This document shows positions 60,903 to 64,000 of a stretch of DNA of 64,000 nt, piece by piece. The notes under the pieces are model-generated. The model saw only the letters and a list, made by a program, of their open reading frames with translations, did not search any database and had not been told where the DNA came from. The translations under genes and the position numbers were made by a program. The DNA lies in the NCBI GenBank assembly GCA_973895155.1, contig OZ316895.1, positions 2,529,659-2,593,658 on the forward strand, written 5' to 3'. The stretch's first letter is position 1. Each line of letters starts with the position of its first letter. Source of the stretch: Marsupella aquatica (taxonomy: Eukaryota; Plantae; Marchantiophyta).

Positions 60903-63773
60903 GTCAGTCAACTCAAACCTAGAAAAGCTACCTGTGTTCTTTCAGAGGGACGGCCAAAGGTTGCAGTATGGTTGGGATGGGAAAATGTTACTTATTGTCC
61001 CTGTCGAAGAAAAGGAGGAAAAGCTCAGATATGGACTCCAAAGGCATGGGCAGGTGCCCAAACAGGTCCAGGCTACCGTTGACAGAATCGGGAGGGCGAT
61101 GTACAGGACGTTTGTTCCAGAGCACGTGCGGACACACTACCTAGCCTATGTGAAGTGGAAATTTTTACATCGGATGGCCAGTTCAATTATTCAAGTTCAA
61201 GGCACGCAGGTCACTTCCCTGTCATGCTCGGATACAACCTCTCTAAGATTTATAGTAGAGTTCTCTCCAAGGAACAGTCTCAGTTCCTTGCCTCGGCGGT
61301 GATTAGTGATTAGTGATCATGGAAATGGGAATTTTATACTCATTTCGTGCCGAGAATCGTAAATTGGGGTACATGCTTGTCAGGGACTTCTCTTGATGTA
61401 AAATTCAGTGATTTAAAAGTATGGAATATTGCCAAGGTGTACTTTTCTATGACATGTTTCGGGCTGTAAGCCACATAACGATTGCTGAAGCCACCTGTTT
61501 GATCCTGATATCTGGAAGCCTGTTAAAAGTGGAGGCAGGCAATGCTGCAGGCCATTGGAGTAGGAGCTAGGCGGGGCCTGCCAGCTGCAGCTGGGTTAAA
61601 CTGGGTTTTGAAAGATGGGCTTGGTCGCCTCGGCCGATTTGCATTCTCGGGCTTACTTGGATCTACATTTGATTCAAATCTTAAGGTCAAAGCACAATTT
61701 GTTTTCTATTTACTTCCGTAGGATCTCCCTTGATGCTTTTAAGGCTTGAGGTTGACAACAACTTCCATTTATTCGTTCCTGGTTTTAAATTGCTACTAAT
61801 CATTCCCTGATTAATCTGGATTCTTTTTGTCTTGCACTATCTTGCCACTGAAATGTAGATGGGTTGGTTTAGGTGAGTAGTAATCGCATTTTGTTCTGTT
61901 TGTGTCTTAACAGAAAGTGAGGTTTGCAACTTCTGTATTATTTACCTTGAGCTTGGGACTGGAGATGCTTACACCAATTTTCCCTAATTATTTCCTGTTG
62001 TTTGCCACTATGGCAAATATAGGCAAATCAATTGCCCTCGCTGCTTACCTCGCCACAAGTGTATGTTCTTTGAAACCCGGATGTGGATATTTTGGTACGA
62101 ATAGTAGATGATTGACTTTGATGAGACTGCAGAACTCATCTCATGGTTAGAAGCGATTGTAGCGCTAGTCGGCAAGTCACTTTTACTTCAGAAATGCTCA
62201 ACTGCGTTCAGTTCGTCGCCATGGACCTCGAGTGTACCAACTTCTTGGAAATTCTAGGCTGTATCAAAATTGCATATTATGGAGAGAATTTGTCACTCTG
62301 AGGGACAGAGGGCTGCATACAAAGGTCTCATTCCTGTTATCGCTTTCCTTCACAGTCAGCCATACACAAGAGTTTTGCAGTTGGAGACAATCTTGCAGAT
62401 ATTGCTGCCAAAGGACAGGTATTGATTATGAGACACTAACCGCACATAAATTGTCTTTGTTGTCCTCCGTGTAATTGTAGCGAACATGTACGTAATTGAG
62501 CTGTACTACTGATTTTGCTGATTGGTATTCAAAGGTCATTTTGTACTGTGTTACGATGAGGTCACCTCCGTTCTTGACCGAGTCGAGGGACTGCTTTTAT
62601 TGAATGCAGGTACAGACAGTTGTTGCTGATAACCTCGGCCTCGCTATTGCTGTGGCACTTGATAGCTCCGTGAGATCGAACAAGATGTAAGTTTGAGATC
62701 GTAACAAAATTATCGAAAATTGGTTTGGGAAATAGAAGTTTCTGGTTCTCCTTACACCTTCGAATAAAAGAGCTGAGATCTCCGGAAATGTTGTTAGAGC
62801 TACGTTTTTGGTTTGTGATATTCTTGACAGGGTTGGGCAGCTATTGCTGCTGGCACTTTTCCCGATCCTAGCGAGTCTGGATTTGTATGCGATTTACAGA
62901 GAACTCCAATCTGTCCATCTGCAAACCTTGAACAAGGTTAGCCAACTATTCGAGTGATGCTACTAAGATTCGGATTTCTCAGGTTCGCTCCGGGTAGTCC
63001 GCTGATTAGATTCCAGAAAGGATAAGTATTTTCTTCAGGTTTCTGGTATTTGTAATGGTTCCTGATTTTTTTCAGGTATGAAACTATCTTCAGATATTGG
63101 GAAGTTTTGAAGAGATAATCATTGGTTCCGAATTCCGCTGCAGGCCAGACTGGAGATAATAGTTGATAGATGGCTCCACACAGGGGTAGTACCTACTGCT
63201 GAGAATGTGAGCCAAGTGGAGTGCCGACAATTTGTTCAGATTGCTGGTATTTTTCTTTCACAGTTCGACTTCAAGTTGGTCGCTTTCATTAAGATTGATA
63301 TTAAATCTTTAATGTGGGCATTAGTCTTGGAGGGGGGCTTGAAAGTGGAGAACAAGAAGGCGACCACGGAGATAACTTGCGTCTTGGGTTAACTGTATTC
63401 ACGTTTTGGAGTTGGCTTCAGCTCAGAGAACTCTGCCATTGAGAATTGGGGCCCTCAACCCCAGAGGTTGGACACTTGAAGACATCATGCGAGCATTCCA
63501 ATGTCAGGCTGGGCAGTCGTATGCAATTTTTGAAGAGCTCCGAGGGTTTATCCCTTTTCCTTCTCAGGTAATTGTCTGCCTAAAACTAGATAAATATTTG
63601 TCATCAACGTGGTTATTTTAATCACAAACTACTCAAATATAGTGGTGATATTTACGCACCTTTATAAATTGAGTCAGATTATGATCATGATGATGTGGAT
63701 TCTTCAGCGGGGTTTACTTCTGTGGCTTCATGATGGATTTACATCAAAGGATGTTATCACGGCCCTATTACAG
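60655..63773 (+). CDS. RUS4: ROOT UVB SENSITIVE 4-like (DUF647) protein; 3' end lies outside the window
   Basis: Exons approx. 60655-61209, 61539-61685, 61914-62060, 62356-62418, 62610-62686, 62831-62936, 63144-63246, 63422-63567, 63708-63773. YLAYVKWKFLHR, LNWVLKDGLGRLGR, FDSNLKKVRFATSVLF, IHKSFAVGDNLADIAAKGQ and VHLQTLNKARL match the RUS4 clade. Confidence 0.9.
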
Positions 63774-64000
63774 GTAGGTTTGCGAAGCTTTGTTACGAGG
63801 ATAGCGTGTGTTGTTCCTGATTGCTTGGCTGGCAGCAGTAAGTTCTCGAGGATTTGGCTCTTTGGACTTCGTTAAATCAACAGATTGTTTTGAGATCAGA
63901 GCAGATTCTTAAATTAGCAGGTTGTTTTGAGATCATAGCAGACTCGAGATATGGCGGTGCCATTGTATTTTATGAGGGGTCCTTTTCTGCTAGTTTGAGG

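Overview
Intron-rich land-plant nuclear DNA, probably from a non-seed plant such as a bryophyte (inferred from gene style and TE content, not proven). It holds four host genes: thylakoid lumenal pentapeptide-repeat protein TL15 (minus), an ASR/ABA-WDS protein with a prion-like GYPQ insert (minus), a complete 20-exon DCL1 (minus) and RUS4 (plus, running off the right edge). There is also a decayed 11-beta-HSD/steroleosin-like SDR pseudogene. Two TSD-bounded Ty1/Copia LTR elements dominate the left half. Copia-A (5039-15449) contains a 5'-deleted chromoviral Ty3/Gypsy element whose RT is joined in frame to the Copia gag, and a MITE is nested in that RT. Copia-B (22853-28642) carries, between its pol stop and PPT, a tightly packed antisense ORF with an RNase H1 hybrid-binding / caulimovirus viroplasmin (Cauli_VI-like) domain; this is the most unusual signal in the window. 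Other features are a Tourist MITE, a 5'-truncated LINE with a 14-bp TSD upstream of DCL1, a tRNA-like SINE head, several tandem duplications and candidate hairpins in and near DCL1. All coordinates, splice sites, alignments and folds were read by eye and may be off by a few bases.
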